Positions 48,345 to 58,275 of a stretch of 64,000 nucleotides of DNA are shown piece by piece. The notes under the pieces were generated by a model. That model was not told the origin of the DNA. It worked only from the letters and a program-made list of their open reading frames with translations, and did no database searches. Numbering within the stretch: the first letter of the stretch is position 1; every line of letters starts with the position of its first letter. This DNA is from a virus (lineage: Duplodnaviria; Caudoviricetes), in IMG/VR virus record IMGVR_UViG_3300028914_000066, positions 28,970-92,969 of that record; one strand, written 5' to 3'. The position numbers and the translations under genes are program-made.

Positions 48345-49108
48345 TTTATTAATAAACTTTTATTGTTAACAATTTTACCTACATGTAAATCATCATTTTT
48401 ATAAAGTTCTTTGAACTTAGTTTTAGTAGTTCCATCTTCAACTTTATAATCATCTGCATATTTAAGAAAATGACGAATAAATTCAAATCCTTCACCTTGC
48501 ATTAAATCACCAACATTAACTGTAAATGAAATTTTTGCATCTAATGCACAAATATCATCAATAGTTAATTCTTCATCTTGTAAAGGTTGTCTAAAATCAA
48601 TTTCATTTGATCTAGAAGTTTTTATAATATCAGTTACTATTTCTTTACAATCAACTGAATTATATCCTTCTAGTATTTTATTTTCAAATTTATATCTTAA
48701 TGCTGCAATAGCATCATTACAAATTTGACCATTAAGAAGATTAAGTTCAACAGCTTCTGTATTTTTAATACTTATTCTGCCTGTACCATAATCCAAGAAT
48801 TTAGTTCCAGTTTTACTTGTATCACCGAATTGTTCTACAGCTGCAATTATAATTTTAGATAATCTATCAATAATGTTTTCTTTAACTTTCTGTCTTTCTC
48901 TAAGTCTTTTACTTTCTTGCTTACATAATTCTATATCATTCTTTGCAGTTTTTATAACATTTATGTAAGCTTCAACTTTAGACCTAAATTCTTCTTGAGT
49001 TATACCAAGTTTTTCTTCTAACTCTTCAGTTAATTCTCCATCATTTTCTTCTATTTCTTGAAAAATAGAATAAAGATCTTGTTGAATATCAAATATATTA
49101 GTACTCAT
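48341..49108 (-). CDS. Siphovirus Gp157-like coiled-coil protein
   Basis: N-terminal NIFDI…DGELTEELEEKL…KVEAY…ESKRL pattern. Confidence 0.7.
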   Translation of the reverse strand: MSTNIFDIQQDLYSIFQEIEENDGELTEELEEKLGITQEEFRSKVEAYINVIKTAKNDIELCKQESKRLRERQKVKENIIDRLSKIIIAAVEQFGDTSKTGTKFLDYGTGRISIKNTEAVELNLLNGQICNDAIAALRYKFENKILEGYNSVDCKEIVTDIIKTSRSNEIDFRQPLQDEELTIDDICALDAKISFTVNVGDLMQGEGFEFIRHFLKYADDYKVEDGTTKTKFKELYKNDDLHVGKIVNNKSLLIK

Positions 49109-49347
49109 GATTCTAATATTTCTTTAATTTTAGTTACACAATCTTTATAGTCATCTTTTTGACACATATAAGATTTATCTTTTGCTTCAGCTTCATCATC
49201 TTTTGCTATAATGCTATTAATTTCAATCATAGCAGCATCAAATTTAGCTTGCATAGTTTCATCAGTTTCAAAGCCTATTTGAAGATATTTCCAACCTAAA
49301 ACAGTTGCACAAATAAGTAATACACAAATAATAATTGTAATATACAT
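49105..49347 (-). CDS. Small membrane-anchored protein
   Basis: N-terminal hydrophobic helix. Confidence 0.65.
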   Translation of the reverse strand: MYITIIICVLLICATVLGWKYLQIGFETDETMQAKFDAAMIEINSIIAKDDEAEAKDKSYMCQKDDYKDCVTKIKEILES

Positions 49348-49368
49348 AGTTTTAAAATTTTAATAATT

Positions 49369-49551
49369 TTACATTAAAATAAATCTTGTTTGATTATTAT
49401 TATAATGTTCAATAGAACAATTTATAACAATATTTAAATCTTGATCAATAATAATATGTTTATCATCATGACCAACCATAATACCATGTTCTATTTTTTC
49501 AGAATCAGGTCTTTTAAATTCAACAGTTTCAGCAGTAAATATTGTATCCAT
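49369..49551 (-). CDS. Hypothetical protein
   Basis: 60 aa, operon packing. Confidence 0.55.
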   Translation of the reverse strand: MDTIFTAETVEFKRPDSEKIEHGIMVGHDDKHIIIDQDLNIVINCSIEHYNNNQTRFILM

Positions 49552-49554
49552 AAT

Positions 49555-49773
49555 TTACTCTTGATAAAATCGTTTAACTATAACTTTTGGTTCTGTTATA
49601 CTTTCATCAGCTTTTAATAAAGGTTCTTCATAACCATGTTCTAAATCAGTATAATCCAAAATAAATTCATCATTAGATGATAATATACCAAAAGCTTCTA
49701 TTAATGAATTAGCTGCAACTACAGCACAACCTCCGCCATATTGACCTTTATAAGTAAAACAAAATACTTTCAT
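49555..49773 (-). CDS. Hypothetical protein
   Basis: 72 aa with YGGGCAVVAANS. Confidence 0.65.
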   Translation of the reverse strand: MKVFCFTYKGQYGGGCAVVAANSLIEAFGILSSNDEFILDYTDLEHGYEEPLLKADESITEPKVIVKRFYQE

Positions 49774-49937
49774 AATTTTATTTGTTCTCTTGTTGGTTCA
49801 TAATCACTAAACATATAAGATACTTGACTTTCTTTTAAATTAAGTTTATCAAGTATTTGTTCTATAGTTAGTGTAGTTGGAACATTACCTTCTAATATTC
49901 TATTAGAACAATAATCTAATATAATAAGATAACACAT
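49770..49937 (-). CDS. Small hypothetical protein (55 aa, MCYLIILDYCSNR…)
   Basis: Hand-translated. Exactly fills the gap with an ATGA overlap. Not in the track. Confidence 0.6.
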   Translation of the reverse strand: MCYLIILDYCSNRILEGNVPTTLTIEQILDKLNLKESQVSYMFSDYEPTREQIKL

Positions 49938-49938
49938 A

Positions 49939-50868
49939 TTATTTAACTTCTAAAAGTTTATTTAATATTTCAGCTACTTGATCACCAAGTAATTTAGCAT
50001 TAGGATGAGGTTTACCTGAAACACCTTTACTTCTTAAAGCAATAAAATGACGCCAATCACTTTCAAATGCAGTATGAACTAATTGAGTTTTAGTAGCAAG
50101 AGGAAGAACTTCACGAGCTTGTTGAGGAAGCCAACCTTTTTGAATAAGACCATTATATGCAAATTCACAAGCTTTAAGTGCAAACATATAATAATCTAAA
50201 TCAAACCAAATACTTTCAACAAAAGGTCCTTGACCATATACATCTTGACATAAATCAACTAAAGTTGAAGGATATTCATTTATATGATCTTTAATTTCTA
50301 AAAGCCATTGAGGAATTCCATAGGTAATTTCATTACCAAATTTATCTTTAGAATAATTACAATATCTAGTACTTTCTTCAGCTATAGAATTTACTCTATG
50401 ACGATTAAATTCACGAGATACACCAATGTTTGTTGTAAAACAGAATGTATATCTACGTTCATGCCAAGTAGGTTCACATAAATATTGTAAATCATGTTCT
50501 CTATAGTTTTCTATAATAACACGAAGATTTGTAGTAATAAAATGATGCATAACATTATTTACTTCTTTACAAATCATTTTACTATATTTATTCATTCTAT
50601 AGAAACTGCAAACTTCGTATTCATCAGCAGCATCATGTACTACATGTAAATATATAGTACTATGTTCAAGCATAGCTAAATGATTAGCAACACTATTAGC
50701 TGGTTCATGAGAAAGAATAACACGTTTAACAAAAGCTTCATCATTCTCATTATCATTTTTTGGTGTACTTTGATAACAAACTCTAACACAACGTGCTATA
50801 TGCTTCCATATAGCATCCATATCAGTACCTTGTTGCCAAAGTTCAACTTTAGGTTCTATAAATTTCAT
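49939..50868 (-). CDS. thyX: FAD-dependent thymidylate synthase
   Basis: HLAMLEH, REFNRHRVNSIAEESTRY (RHRx7S), AREVLP, FIALR and HP motifs. Confidence 0.92.
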   Translation of the reverse strand: MKFIEPKVELWQQGTDMDAIWKHIARCVRVCYQSTPKNDNENDEAFVKRVILSHEPANSVANHLAMLEHSTIYLHVVHDAADEYEVCSFYRMNKYSKMICKEVNNVMHHFITTNLRVIIENYREHDLQYLCEPTWHERRYTFCFTTNIGVSREFNRHRVNSIAEESTRYCNYSKDKFGNEITYGIPQWLLEIKDHINEYPSTLVDLCQDVYGQGPFVESIWFDLDYYMFALKACEFAYNGLIQKGWLPQQAREVLPLATKTQLVHTAFESDWRHFIALRSKGVSGKPHPNAKLLGDQVAEILNKLLEVK

Positions 50869-50869
50869 A

Positions 50870-51241
50870 TTATAATTTAATTTTATGTTTAAATGATAAA
50901 TACATAAGACTATAACAAGCTAAATCTAAAGCAGTATCTTCCATACTTTCACCAATTCTAGCATTTTGAGGTTTACCTGTAAGAGTAGCAATACGTTTAG
51001 CTTTATCATATAATCTTCCTGTTCCATAAGCATCTCCAATTAAAGACATTCCATCTTCAAATGAATTACCATAATCGTGGTTCTTTGCAGCATATAAAGC
51101 AATAGCGTGTAAAGCTTCTTGTGCAAATCTAATTACGTTGTCATCTAATAAATCATTAGGTACAATTTTACGAACAATAGCAGACACTTCTTCTTTATTT
51201 TCATAAATAGGTTGTGCATTATTCATTCCATCTTCATTCAT
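50870..51241 (-). CDS. DUF1599 / nucleotide modification-associated domain 1 protein
   Basis: KNHDYGNSF…RLYDK…ESMEDTALDLACYS. Likely start ATG 51241. Confidence 0.8.
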   Translation of the reverse strand: MNEDGMNNAQPIYENKEEVSAIVRKIVPNDLLDDNVIRFAQEALHAIALYAAKNHDYGNSFEDGMSLIGDAYGTGRLYDKAKRIATLTGKPQNARIGESMEDTALDLACYSLMYLSFKHKIKL

Positions 51242-51265
51242 AATATTTAAGTTTAAAATTACATA

Positions 51266-51273
51266 CAAATATA
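51266..51273 (-). promoter_or_regulatory. Bacteroidota -7 element TATATTTG
   Basis: caaatata, about 25 bp upstream of ATG 51241 and downstream of a terminator; no clear -33. Confidence 0.45.
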
Positions 51274-51396
51274 AGAAATTTATTTATATGTAGTTTGTTA
51301 ATATTATCTAAAAACTAATTTTTTATTTTCGCATATAAGCGCATAAAATTTTGGCTAGTACAAACTATCACAATGATAGTGAAAATCGCACACAGC

Positions 51397-51450
51397 TAAA
51401 ATAAAGGCGGTCTAGAGCCAAATTTCAGTCAATTTATACTCCAGACCGCC
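51397..51450 (-). terminator. Intrinsic terminator (large loop)
   Basis: Minus strand ggcggtctggag…ctctagaccgcc followed by tttatttta. Confidence 0.6.
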
Positions 51451-51467
51451 GACAAAAGGGCAGAAAT

Positions 51468-51827
51468 TTAATAATCTATAAGATAAACTATACTTTCTTC
51501 ATCACTATCAGTACAAGTAAGAGTTATATTACAATCTTTTTCTTCTTTACTTAATCCAGACTCATAATATATTATTGATATAGGTATTTTAATTCTACCA
51601 TAATCATCTACGTGTGTATTTTTTAATTGATTATTAACATTATTGTTAGATAATATTATATAATAATTAGTTGAATTTGTTTCAGGATTATATTTCTTAT
51701 AAAGATTATAATATTTATATTTTGGTACTTCATTACTAATTAGGCATTTACCTTTAACATAAAGCCATGTTTTACTTTTATCTACCTTTTCATCTACTTT
51801 ATCAAATTCATTTAAATTAATTGTCAT
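51468..51827 (-). CDS. Hypothetical protein
   Basis: 119 aa with VDDYGRIKIP (AbrB/MraZ-like flavour, weak). Confidence 0.6.
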   Translation of the reverse strand: MTINLNEFDKVDEKVDKSKTWLYVKGKCLISNEVPKYKYYNLYKKYNPETNSTNYYIILSNNNVNNQLKNTHVDDYGRIKIPISIIYYESGLSKEEKDCNITLTCTDSDEESIVYLIDY

Positions 51828-52039
51828 TCTTTTTTAATTTTAAAACCTATATCAAGTGCTATATTAAAAATAACAAAACTAACTTCAAAATAATAAGCAT
51901 TAAAGAAATAAATTGCAGGTAATAAATAAAAATTATCAGTTCCTATCCAAATATTACAATTTATATCCAAACTATTATTATTTATATTATCTATTATTTT
52001 TCTTATTTTTGATTTACTATTATCCTTTTTCTTTTTCAT
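51824..52039 (-). CDS. Hypothetical protein
   Basis: 71 aa, overlapping both neighbours. Confidence 0.5.
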   Translation of the reverse strand: MKKKKDNSKSKIRKIIDNINNNSLDINCNIWIGTDNFYLLPAIYFFNAYYFEVSFVIFNIALDIGFKIKKE

Positions 52040-53261
52040 ACTTATTTTCTAATCTAATTATCTTTGCATGAAATGGAACTTGTTTAACGCCACTACGTTC
52101 ACGAAATTCTACAAAAGCATTATAGTTTTTAGTCAATTCTTCTTTTAAAGGGGTGCTTACGCATCTTTTTTGATCGTCTTGACTTGCATTATAAGTACAT
52201 TCAAAATATTCATCATTGATGTCATTTCTAAGAACAAATATTGGTAATCCTCGTTTATCTTCTTTAATATCAATTATTGAAAATAATCCATCATCTATTT
52301 TCTTAAATTTAAACATTGATTGATTACGTTTACCAAACTGATATTCAGCATCTGGATTACGAAGAATAAGTCCTTCAAAGCCTAAACTAATAAATTTATC
52401 TCTAAAGAATATTGCCTCTTGAATATTAGGTACTTCTACAGTATGAAGTAAAACAAATTGTCGTTTATTATTAAAATGTTCTTCTTTATTAGTAAACCAA
52501 TGATTAATTTTATCTGAAATATCAATATTATCAAACCTAAAATCATTTCTTCTAACAGCACTTATATTTTCACAAGCAATATCATAACACCAATATTGTA
52601 ACAAATAATGTTGAGGAAGTTGTGCATTTTTTACAAATGAATTTATATCATTTACAGAATAACCTGGAAGATAAAGTTCACCATCTAAATAAGCACCTTC
52701 TTCTATCATCATATCTAGAAGATCACTATTTATTTTAGGAAGTAGAATTTCATCCATCCAACGCATATTAGTAGTCCAATTTTGTCCTTCACGAGAATGA
52801 TATGTTAGAATAATTGGTGTGAATAAATCATTACCATTTCTTTCAGCACCAATAAGACAACGTAAACCATTAATTTTCCATTGTCCTAACATAGTACCAT
52901 ATTTCTCAAATGGTTTATTATCTTCTAATGTTTTTGCAAGCATAGGAAGAACAAAACCTTCAGAAGTAGTAGAATATTTAGGAAGATAAGTATTAAGATA
53001 ATGCATAAGAGAAGTACTATCCATTTGTTCAGGATATGTACTTTTAAAATTATCTCTAAGTTCACTTAATTCTTTATATCCTTCTTTACGTTTAGCTTTT
53101 ATTCTACTATTAGCTTCATCATGAAAAAATCTATGAGTTTTAATTTCTTCTATATGAAGATTTCCACCAACTAAACCAGTTTTAATTAATAGTTTCTGAT
53201 TTTCATTAGTAATTTCCCAAACAATAGGTTTACCTTGAGCATTTCTTTTATATAGTTTCAT
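52020..53261 (-). CDS. ATP-dependent DNA ligase
   Basis: Motif I WKINGLR, III LDGELY, IV EGLILR, V FKFK. Confidence 0.9.
   Translation of the reverse strand: MKLYKRNAQGKPIVWEITNENQKLLIKTGLVGGNLHIEEIKTHRFFHDEANSRIKAKRKEGYKELSELRDNFKSTYPEQMDSTSLMHYLNTYLPKYSTTSEGFVLPMLAKTLEDNKPFEKYGTMLGQWKINGLRCLIGAERNGNDLFTPIILTYHSREGQNWTTNMRWMDEILLPKINSDLLDMMIEEGAYLDGELYLPGYSVNDINSFVKNAQLPQHYLLQYWCYDIACENISAVRRNDFRFDNIDISDKINHWFTNKEEHFNNKRQFVLLHTVEVPNIQEAIFFRDKFISLGFEGLILRNPDAEYQFGKRNQSMFKFKKIDDGLFSIIDIKEDKRGLPIFVLRNDINDEYFECTYNASQDDQKRCVSTPLKEELTKNYNAFVEFRERSGVKQVPFHAKIIRLENKYEKEKG
52137..52158 (+). repeat. Dispersed motif copy 15 (G-orientation)
   Basis: ttcttcttttaaaggggtgctt; encodes STPLKEE on the minus strand. 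Confidence 0.8.
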
Positions 53262-53440
53262 TTCACTATTGCTATATTAGTTATACTTTTATTTTTAATT
53301 TCTCCTTTTATAATTCCAAATATTTCACTTGGAATATTTTCATCAGGAACTTCTATTATACGAGCTTCATATGAACTATTAACTCCCATATAATATTCTT
53401 CAGCACAAGGAATATTACAAATATGAATACTTAATTTCAT
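53258..53440 (-). CDS. Hypothetical protein
   Basis: 60 aa, ATGA-coupled. Confidence 0.55.
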   Translation of the reverse strand: MKLSIHICNIPCAEEYYMGVNSSYEARIIEVPDENIPSEIFGIIKGEIKNKSITNIAIVK

Positions 53441-53697
53441 AATTTTATATCTAATAATTCAAATACTTTATTTAATTTATCTATTGTATTGCAAACACTT
53501 AAATGTAATACAGTTCTTCTACTTACAAGATCTTCTATATGTAATACAGTATCTGTATTTTCATCAAGTATATTAAATAAAATTATTTCAAAATCATCAA
53601 TATACTTATAATAACCATTATCTTTAACGCATAAGGTAAATCCTTTTTCTTCTAAAAATTCTTTAGTTATTAACATATTATTTTTTATTATATACAA
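53437..53697 (-). CDS. Hypothetical protein
   Basis: 86 aa with LITKEFLEEKGF; the start may be the internal Met. Confidence 0.6.
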   Translation of the reverse strand: MYIIKNNMLITKEFLEEKGFTLCVKDNGYYKYIDDFEIILFNILDENTDTVLHIEDLVSRRTVLHLSVCNTIDKLNKVFELLDIKL

Positions 53698-54211
53698 AAT
53701 TAGTAAAAATAACTACTTTATTAGGCTTTCCTATCATACCATGATTATATTGTATTACTTTTGCTATATTTGTTGTATTAATCCAATCAATACCATCCAT
53801 TTGTAATGTTGGACTATTTAAATAATTAGGTCGTTTACCTTTTTCAATATAACAACAATGATTTATATAATCATAATTATTAGGAATTTTAATACCTTTG
53901 TGAATATTAAAATTATGGAGTTTAAGAGTTTCTAATGAAAGAAAATCTTTACTATTATCTTTCAAATTTATATGACCATAAGCTAAAACATTATCTCTTT
54001 TTATTGAATAATTTTGAAGAGTAACATTTTGTACTCGTGGATCATTTTGCATAAGACTATCTATAACTGCTTCATCTTCATCAGTTATAGGTATCATTAT
54101 AAGTTGTTCTACTCCTAATCCATTATATATTCTAGAAGTTAAAATCACTTTCTTCTCTTTCAAAGTCTGTAAACTGACTTTGCTCATATTGCTTATATCT
54201 AAGTCTGACAT
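53678..54211 (-). CDS. Hypothetical protein
   Basis: 177 aa, overlapping the primase 3' end; start uncertain. Confidence 0.6.
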   Translation of the reverse strand: MSDLDISNMSKVSLQTLKEKKVILTSRIYNGLGVEQLIMIPITDEDEAVIDSLMQNDPRVQNVTLQNYSIKRDNVLAYGHINLKDNSKDFLSLETLKLHNFNIHKGIKIPNNYDYINHCCYIEKGKRPNYLNSPTLQMDGIDWINTTNIAKVIQYNHGMIGKPNKVVIFTNFVYNKK

Positions 54212-55349
54212 ATGTTAAAGTTTCATTAATAAATTGTTCAATTTGTTTACTATTATACACTTTGTGTAAATCAGCAAAATCTTTAGCATGATAATTTGGT
54301 AAACCAAATTCACCTCTAGTTATAAATAGATAAGGAATATTATATGTTGTTGCCAAATAATTAGCACCTCTTCTTCCTGTTCTATCAAAATCTAACAATG
54401 ATATAATCATACCATCATCTTTAAGTTTATTATGAAGATATGAATATTCATTATCTTTAAGTAGATAGCTTTCACTTGGTAAGTTTACTACACCAATATT
54501 GAGTTTATCAGCTCCCCCGTAAAAGGAGAGATGACGTAAATAGCTACCTATACTTAATCTATCTTTACTACTTTTTGTAAGTAATATATAATCATAATTA
54601 TCAAGTTCAAGATTTAATAATCCTTCTATTACATTACAATTAGTAATAAATTTAAGTTCTGTTTGTCTATTTCTTAATGGAAAATAAAGTTTAATTAGTC
54701 TAATACCTTGTTTTTCTCCAAGTAAATAAGCATAACAAGGATCTTTTTTATTATAATAATATTTAGGATCACTATCTACACTTCTATTTACATAATATTG
54801 TTCTACAGGTATTACAAAATTTCTACTAAGAAATTGTAAACTTATATTCCAATTAGCCCAAACATCTTTATCATCCTTATTCCAAGAACGAGTAACAAGA
54901 TCAATTATTGGTCTTTTACCTCTGCTTTTAATAAGTGCATTTTTAATAGTTTCATCGATATTAGGATCTATTTCTTCTCCGTCTATAACTTTACTAAAAG
55001 TTATAGCAATATGTTTAAGAATGAAATAAAAATCATTCTTATTATTTGTTTCTATTCTTCTTTCATAGATAGAACTTAAAACATAAGCTACAACTCCGTA
55101 AATATCTTCAAAGAAACCAAATCCACCAAAATCACGAACTTTTAACCTACCTTTTTTATTATATTGAATACCCATACTAGGTGTATCTCCATCATCTCTA
55201 AATACTGAAGGAATAAGTTTATTGTATTTAATACAATATTCTACAGTTTCTTGTTTAAGTCCTAAATATTTAGCAACAATAGCTTCTTGAGATATTTTAG
55301 ATTCAATAAATTCTTTAGTAAGTTTAGTTGTAGCTATATTTCTTTTCAT
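54132..55349 (-). CDS. DNA primase (DnaG/TOPRIM-like, crAss type)
   Basis: SVFRDD…PS…RDFG N-domain; LTKSSKD, DFDRTG (DxD) and AKDFAD TOPRIM motifs. Confidence 0.8.
   Translation of the reverse strand: MKRNIATTKLTKEFIESKISQEAIVAKYLGLKQETVEYCIKYNKLIPSVFRDDGDTPSMGIQYNKKGRLKVRDFGGFGFFEDIYGVVAYVLSSIYERRIETNNKNDFYFILKHIAITFSKVIDGEEIDPNIDETIKNALIKSRGKRPIIDLVTRSWNKDDKDVWANWNISLQFLSRNFVIPVEQYYVNRSVDSDPKYYYNKKDPCYAYLLGEKQGIRLIKLYFPLRNRQTELKFITNCNVIEGLLNLELDNYDYILLTKSSKDRLSIGSYLRHLSFYGGADKLNIGVVNLPSESYLLKDNEYSYLHNKLKDDGMIISLLDFDRTGRRGANYLATTYNIPYLFITRGEFGLPNYHAKDFADLHKVYNSKQIEQFINETLTYVRLRYKQYEQSQFTDFEREESDFNF
54510..54530 (-). repeat. Dispersed motif copy 16 (C-orientation)
   Basis: agctcccccgtaaaaggagag; encodes SFYGGA on the minus strand. 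Confidence 0.88.
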
Positions 55350-55356
55350 ATCTGAA

Positions 55357-55402
55357 AAATAAAATAAAAAATAATGGCTATGTTATAAAACATAACCATT
55401 AT
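55357..55402 (-). terminator. Intrinsic terminator
   Basis: Stem ataatggctatgtt / aacataaccattat, followed on the minus strand by a long T-rich tract. Confidence 0.65.
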
Positions 55403-55422
55403 CTTTTAGAATTAATATACTA

Positions 55423-56307
55423 TTAGAATGGCATTTCATCCTGAGCAGCATTATATGCACCTTGATCTGAAGGCATACCTCCACCCATCATAGGATCACC
55501 AGCCATAACTCCACCCATACCAGGCATATTAGGAGCTTTCTTAACATCCTTAGGAGTTATACTTTCTTTGCTTAAATCCATACGAAGAATTGAAGGAGGA
55601 TTATTACCATTTTGGAGTTCTACAAATCCATTACCAATAAACGGATCAAATGCAAGTTCTCCATTAGCAACATTCTTCCATTCACCCTTAATCTTCTTAG
55701 CACGAATAAGCTTAATCCAACATCTGATAGCTTTACCATCCTTATCCTTAAATATAGGTTTCGGAGTTTCACCATCTTTAGCTGAAACAATACCATTAAA
55801 TATATTTGCTACATTTGTGAAAAGAGTACCATAAGCATCAGCTACATCCTGAGGATCAACTGCTATATAGTTATTATTTTCATCAAAATCACAGAAGTTA
55901 AGAGCAAGCATATCTTCTTCTTCAGCAGTCATAAGACGACCTCTAAGATAGAATACATCAATAAGATGCTTAATACCATTAAGTACTTGATTAACCTTCC
56001 ATTCTTCTTGACCTCCAGGAATAGTATTAACATTAGACTCTACAGGGAATAGAGTATAATAAACATGACGCTTTTCAGCAGGCTTTGCATGAGTTGATGT
56101 AAATTCAAAAGTAAGATGAGGAACTCTAATTCCTGCAAATACTTTTGCATCATTGTTAGTAGACCAATCTACTGATACTTGTGCAAGCTCAGCAACAAAC
56201 AAACCGTTAGGTGCAGCATCTTTCTCATGAAAACGAAGCTGATTAACTGCTTGTGTTTGGTTACTTACGCCTCTGCGAACTTTTTTAACTTCTTTTTCTT
56301 CACTCAT
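55423..56307 (-). CDS. Putative single-stranded DNA-binding protein
   Basis: Gly/Met/Pro-rich linker and acidic C-terminal DEMPF tip, adjacent to the primase. Confidence 0.65.
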   Translation of the reverse strand: MSEEKEVKKVRRGVSNQTQAVNQLRFHEKDAAPNGLFVAELAQVSVDWSTNNDAKVFAGIRVPHLTFEFTSTHAKPAEKRHVYYTLFPVESNVNTIPGGQEEWKVNQVLNGIKHLIDVFYLRGRLMTAEEEDMLALNFCDFDENNNYIAVDPQDVADAYGTLFTNVANIFNGIVSAKDGETPKPIFKDKDGKAIRCWIKLIRAKKIKGEWKNVANGELAFDPFIGNGFVELQNGNNPPSILRMDLSKESITPKDVKKAPNMPGMGGVMAGDPMMGGGMPSDQGAYNAAQDEMPF

Positions 56308-56343
56308 AGTTTAATTAAACTTTAAAAATTAATAAAGATAAAT

Positions 56344-56378
56344 ATAGGGAGAAAGACTAGCTATATCTTTCTCCCTAT
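56344..56378 (-). terminator. Intergenic hairpin / terminator
   Basis: atagggagaaaga / tctttctccctat, 13-bp perfect stem. Confidence 0.65.
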
Positions 56379-56397
56379 CTCCTAATGGACAATCAAA

Positions 56398-57210
56398 TTA
56401 CTCCTCTTCCTTACCATTACGGCGGATAGGCTCCTTATCCTCAACATAATTGATAGGATAAGCAAGAATCTCAAGGTCATTAGCACCATCATTGAAGATA
56501 GCCTTCTCAGGATTCTCAATATCAACGTCAAATACACGTACAAACTTATCCTTATCTTCACCAAGGTCAGCCTTAAGCAGATTCCAAATATTAGAATCAG
56601 TGAAATTAACCTGAACACCTACACCAGTAGCACTTGAAGTAGAAGCAGTCTTAGAACCACTCATAGCATCAGTCTTAGGTGACTCAATATCCTCAGCAGT
56701 AAGCAGAGCAACAAGAGCATCAATATCATCAATGTCAGCATCAGCACCCTTAGATTCTACAAAAGCCTGCTTATCTTCGTCTGACATATCCTCAAAATAC
56801 TCAGCACCATGTTCAGCAATCCACTTCTCCTTATCTTCCTTTGTAATACGAATAGCAGCTTGCATAGGTTCACCACTACGCTTACGAAGAATAACACCAG
56901 CAGCAATATACCACTGAGTCAGTTCCTTAACTAACTCAAGAACAGCTGAACGATCATCAAGATCAATACCCTGCTCATTAGCATAAGCAACTATTTCGGG
57001 ATTCTTATCCTGAATAGCCTTCTCAATAGCATCAATGTTATTAAGGAACATAATGTTTCCACCAACCTTAACTCCAAGAGCCTTAGTTACAAGACCTGTA
57101 ACTTTAAACTGACCATTAGATGAGTTAGCATAAAGACGAGGAAAAGCATTAGCATTACCCTTCTGACCACTCTGAACAGCACTGATTCCAAATTTAATTC
57201 CTGGTTTCAT
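56398..57210 (-). CDS. Conserved hypothetical protein, probably highly expressed
   Basis: 270 aa with strongly shifted codon use (AAG, GAG, CAG). Confidence 0.75.
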   Translation of the reverse strand: MKPGIKFGISAVQSGQKGNANAFPRLYANSSNGQFKVTGLVTKALGVKVGGNIMFLNNIDAIEKAIQDKNPEIVAYANEQGIDLDDRSAVLELVKELTQWYIAAGVILRKRSGEPMQAAIRITKEDKEKWIAEHGAEYFEDMSDEDKQAFVESKGADADIDDIDALVALLTAEDIESPKTDAMSGSKTASTSSATGVGVQVNFTDSNIWNLLKADLGEDKDKFVRVFDVDIENPEKAIFNDGANDLEILAYPINYVEDKEPIRRNGKEEE

Positions 57211-57273
57211 AATAAAATGTTTTTAAAAAGTTAATAAAAAATGATTAAGTTTTTATAGTTAAACACTATAAGT

Positions 57274-58218
57274 TTATTGTTCACTAGGTTGAGTTATAAC
57301 TTCTTCTGCATCTACAAAGTCCGCATCAGTTAAGGTATAATCTTCAACCATTGATAATTCTGTTTCTTCAAGAACTCCCATAAGAGTATCGGCAGCTATA
57401 TCTCTAGCTCCCAATGTGAAAGCTCTATGACCTATCATTACTCTTGCATATTTCTTATAAGTATCTTTAGTAAAAAATTCTGCAATTTGAGCTTCAGTAT
57501 AACTGAAATGACTTTTAACTACCATTTCTTTTAAACCACCTGGTGTTTGAACAAAACGTCTAAAAGTATATTCAGTTACATAATCAATAGGTTGAGCTGG
57601 TATCCTAATGATAGGAAATTTACCTTCAGCTTTAAGTTTAAGAGCTTGTGTTTTATTTATTGCAATAACACATTTATCTGAAATTTGAAATTCATTATAA
57701 ATAGTATTATTCAAATCCTTAAACCATTTAACAGGATAAACTCCTACATTATAATCGTTTGTAGCTTTAAGAGCATCATCAGCGGTTTTACATTTAACAC
57801 AATAGTCTGGAAGTTGTGTTTCTAAATAAATCGTATTACCGTCAGTATATTGATACTGAGGAATATAATCTTTAGTGCAATCCCATATTACTCCTGCCCT
57901 CAGTAATAACGATTTAATAATATGAATATCTACTCCAGTCTTACCATTAATAACATGGATATGTTCAATACAAGTACTAAAAGGTAGATTAAGATCTTGC
58001 GCCCTTAGTAAAATAGCAAGTCCTTCATTAACACTTTTTATTCCACCTTTATCACTAGCCATAATCTTTTTAAGAAGTACCTCTGCTTGTGCAACTCCTT
58101 TTTCATTAAAAAGATTAACTCTAGAAAGACTAGAAGTAGATTCATTAGCTTTAACAATTTGTTTATTGTCTTTTCCAGCCTTGTTGTCATCTACAACCTT
58201 GTTATTTTGATTGTCCAT
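57274..58218 (-). CDS. Putative RecT-like single-strand annealing protein
   Basis: AILLRAQDLNL…IHVINGK…YKKYARVMIGHRA…LGARD…LMGV pattern and acidic tail. Confidence 0.6.
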   Translation of the reverse strand: MDNQNNKVVDDNKAGKDNKQIVKANESTSSLSRVNLFNEKGVAQAEVLLKKIMASDKGGIKSVNEGLAILLRAQDLNLPFSTCIEHIHVINGKTGVDIHIIKSLLLRAGVIWDCTKDYIPQYQYTDGNTIYLETQLPDYCVKCKTADDALKATNDYNVGVYPVKWFKDLNNTIYNEFQISDKCVIAINKTQALKLKAEGKFPIIRIPAQPIDYVTEYTFRRFVQTPGGLKEMVVKSHFSYTEAQIAEFFTKDTYKKYARVMIGHRAFTLGARDIAADTLMGVLEETELSMVEDYTLTDADFVDAEEVITQPSEQ

Positions 58219-58244
58219 TATTTAAAAGAGCATTTAAGTCAATA

Positions 58245-58275
58245 CAAATATAGGCATTTATTTTCAATCATCAAT
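58245..58275 (-). promoter_or_regulatory. Bacteroidota-type promoter
   Basis: Minus strand aTTG (58275-72), 19-bp spacer, TATATTTG (58252-45). Confidence 0.55.

Noticed and set aside
12966-51467. tRNA genes in the larger intergenic gaps
   Set aside because: No cloverleaf or T-loop GTTC(G/A)A context found by eye; tRNAscan-SE would be decisive.
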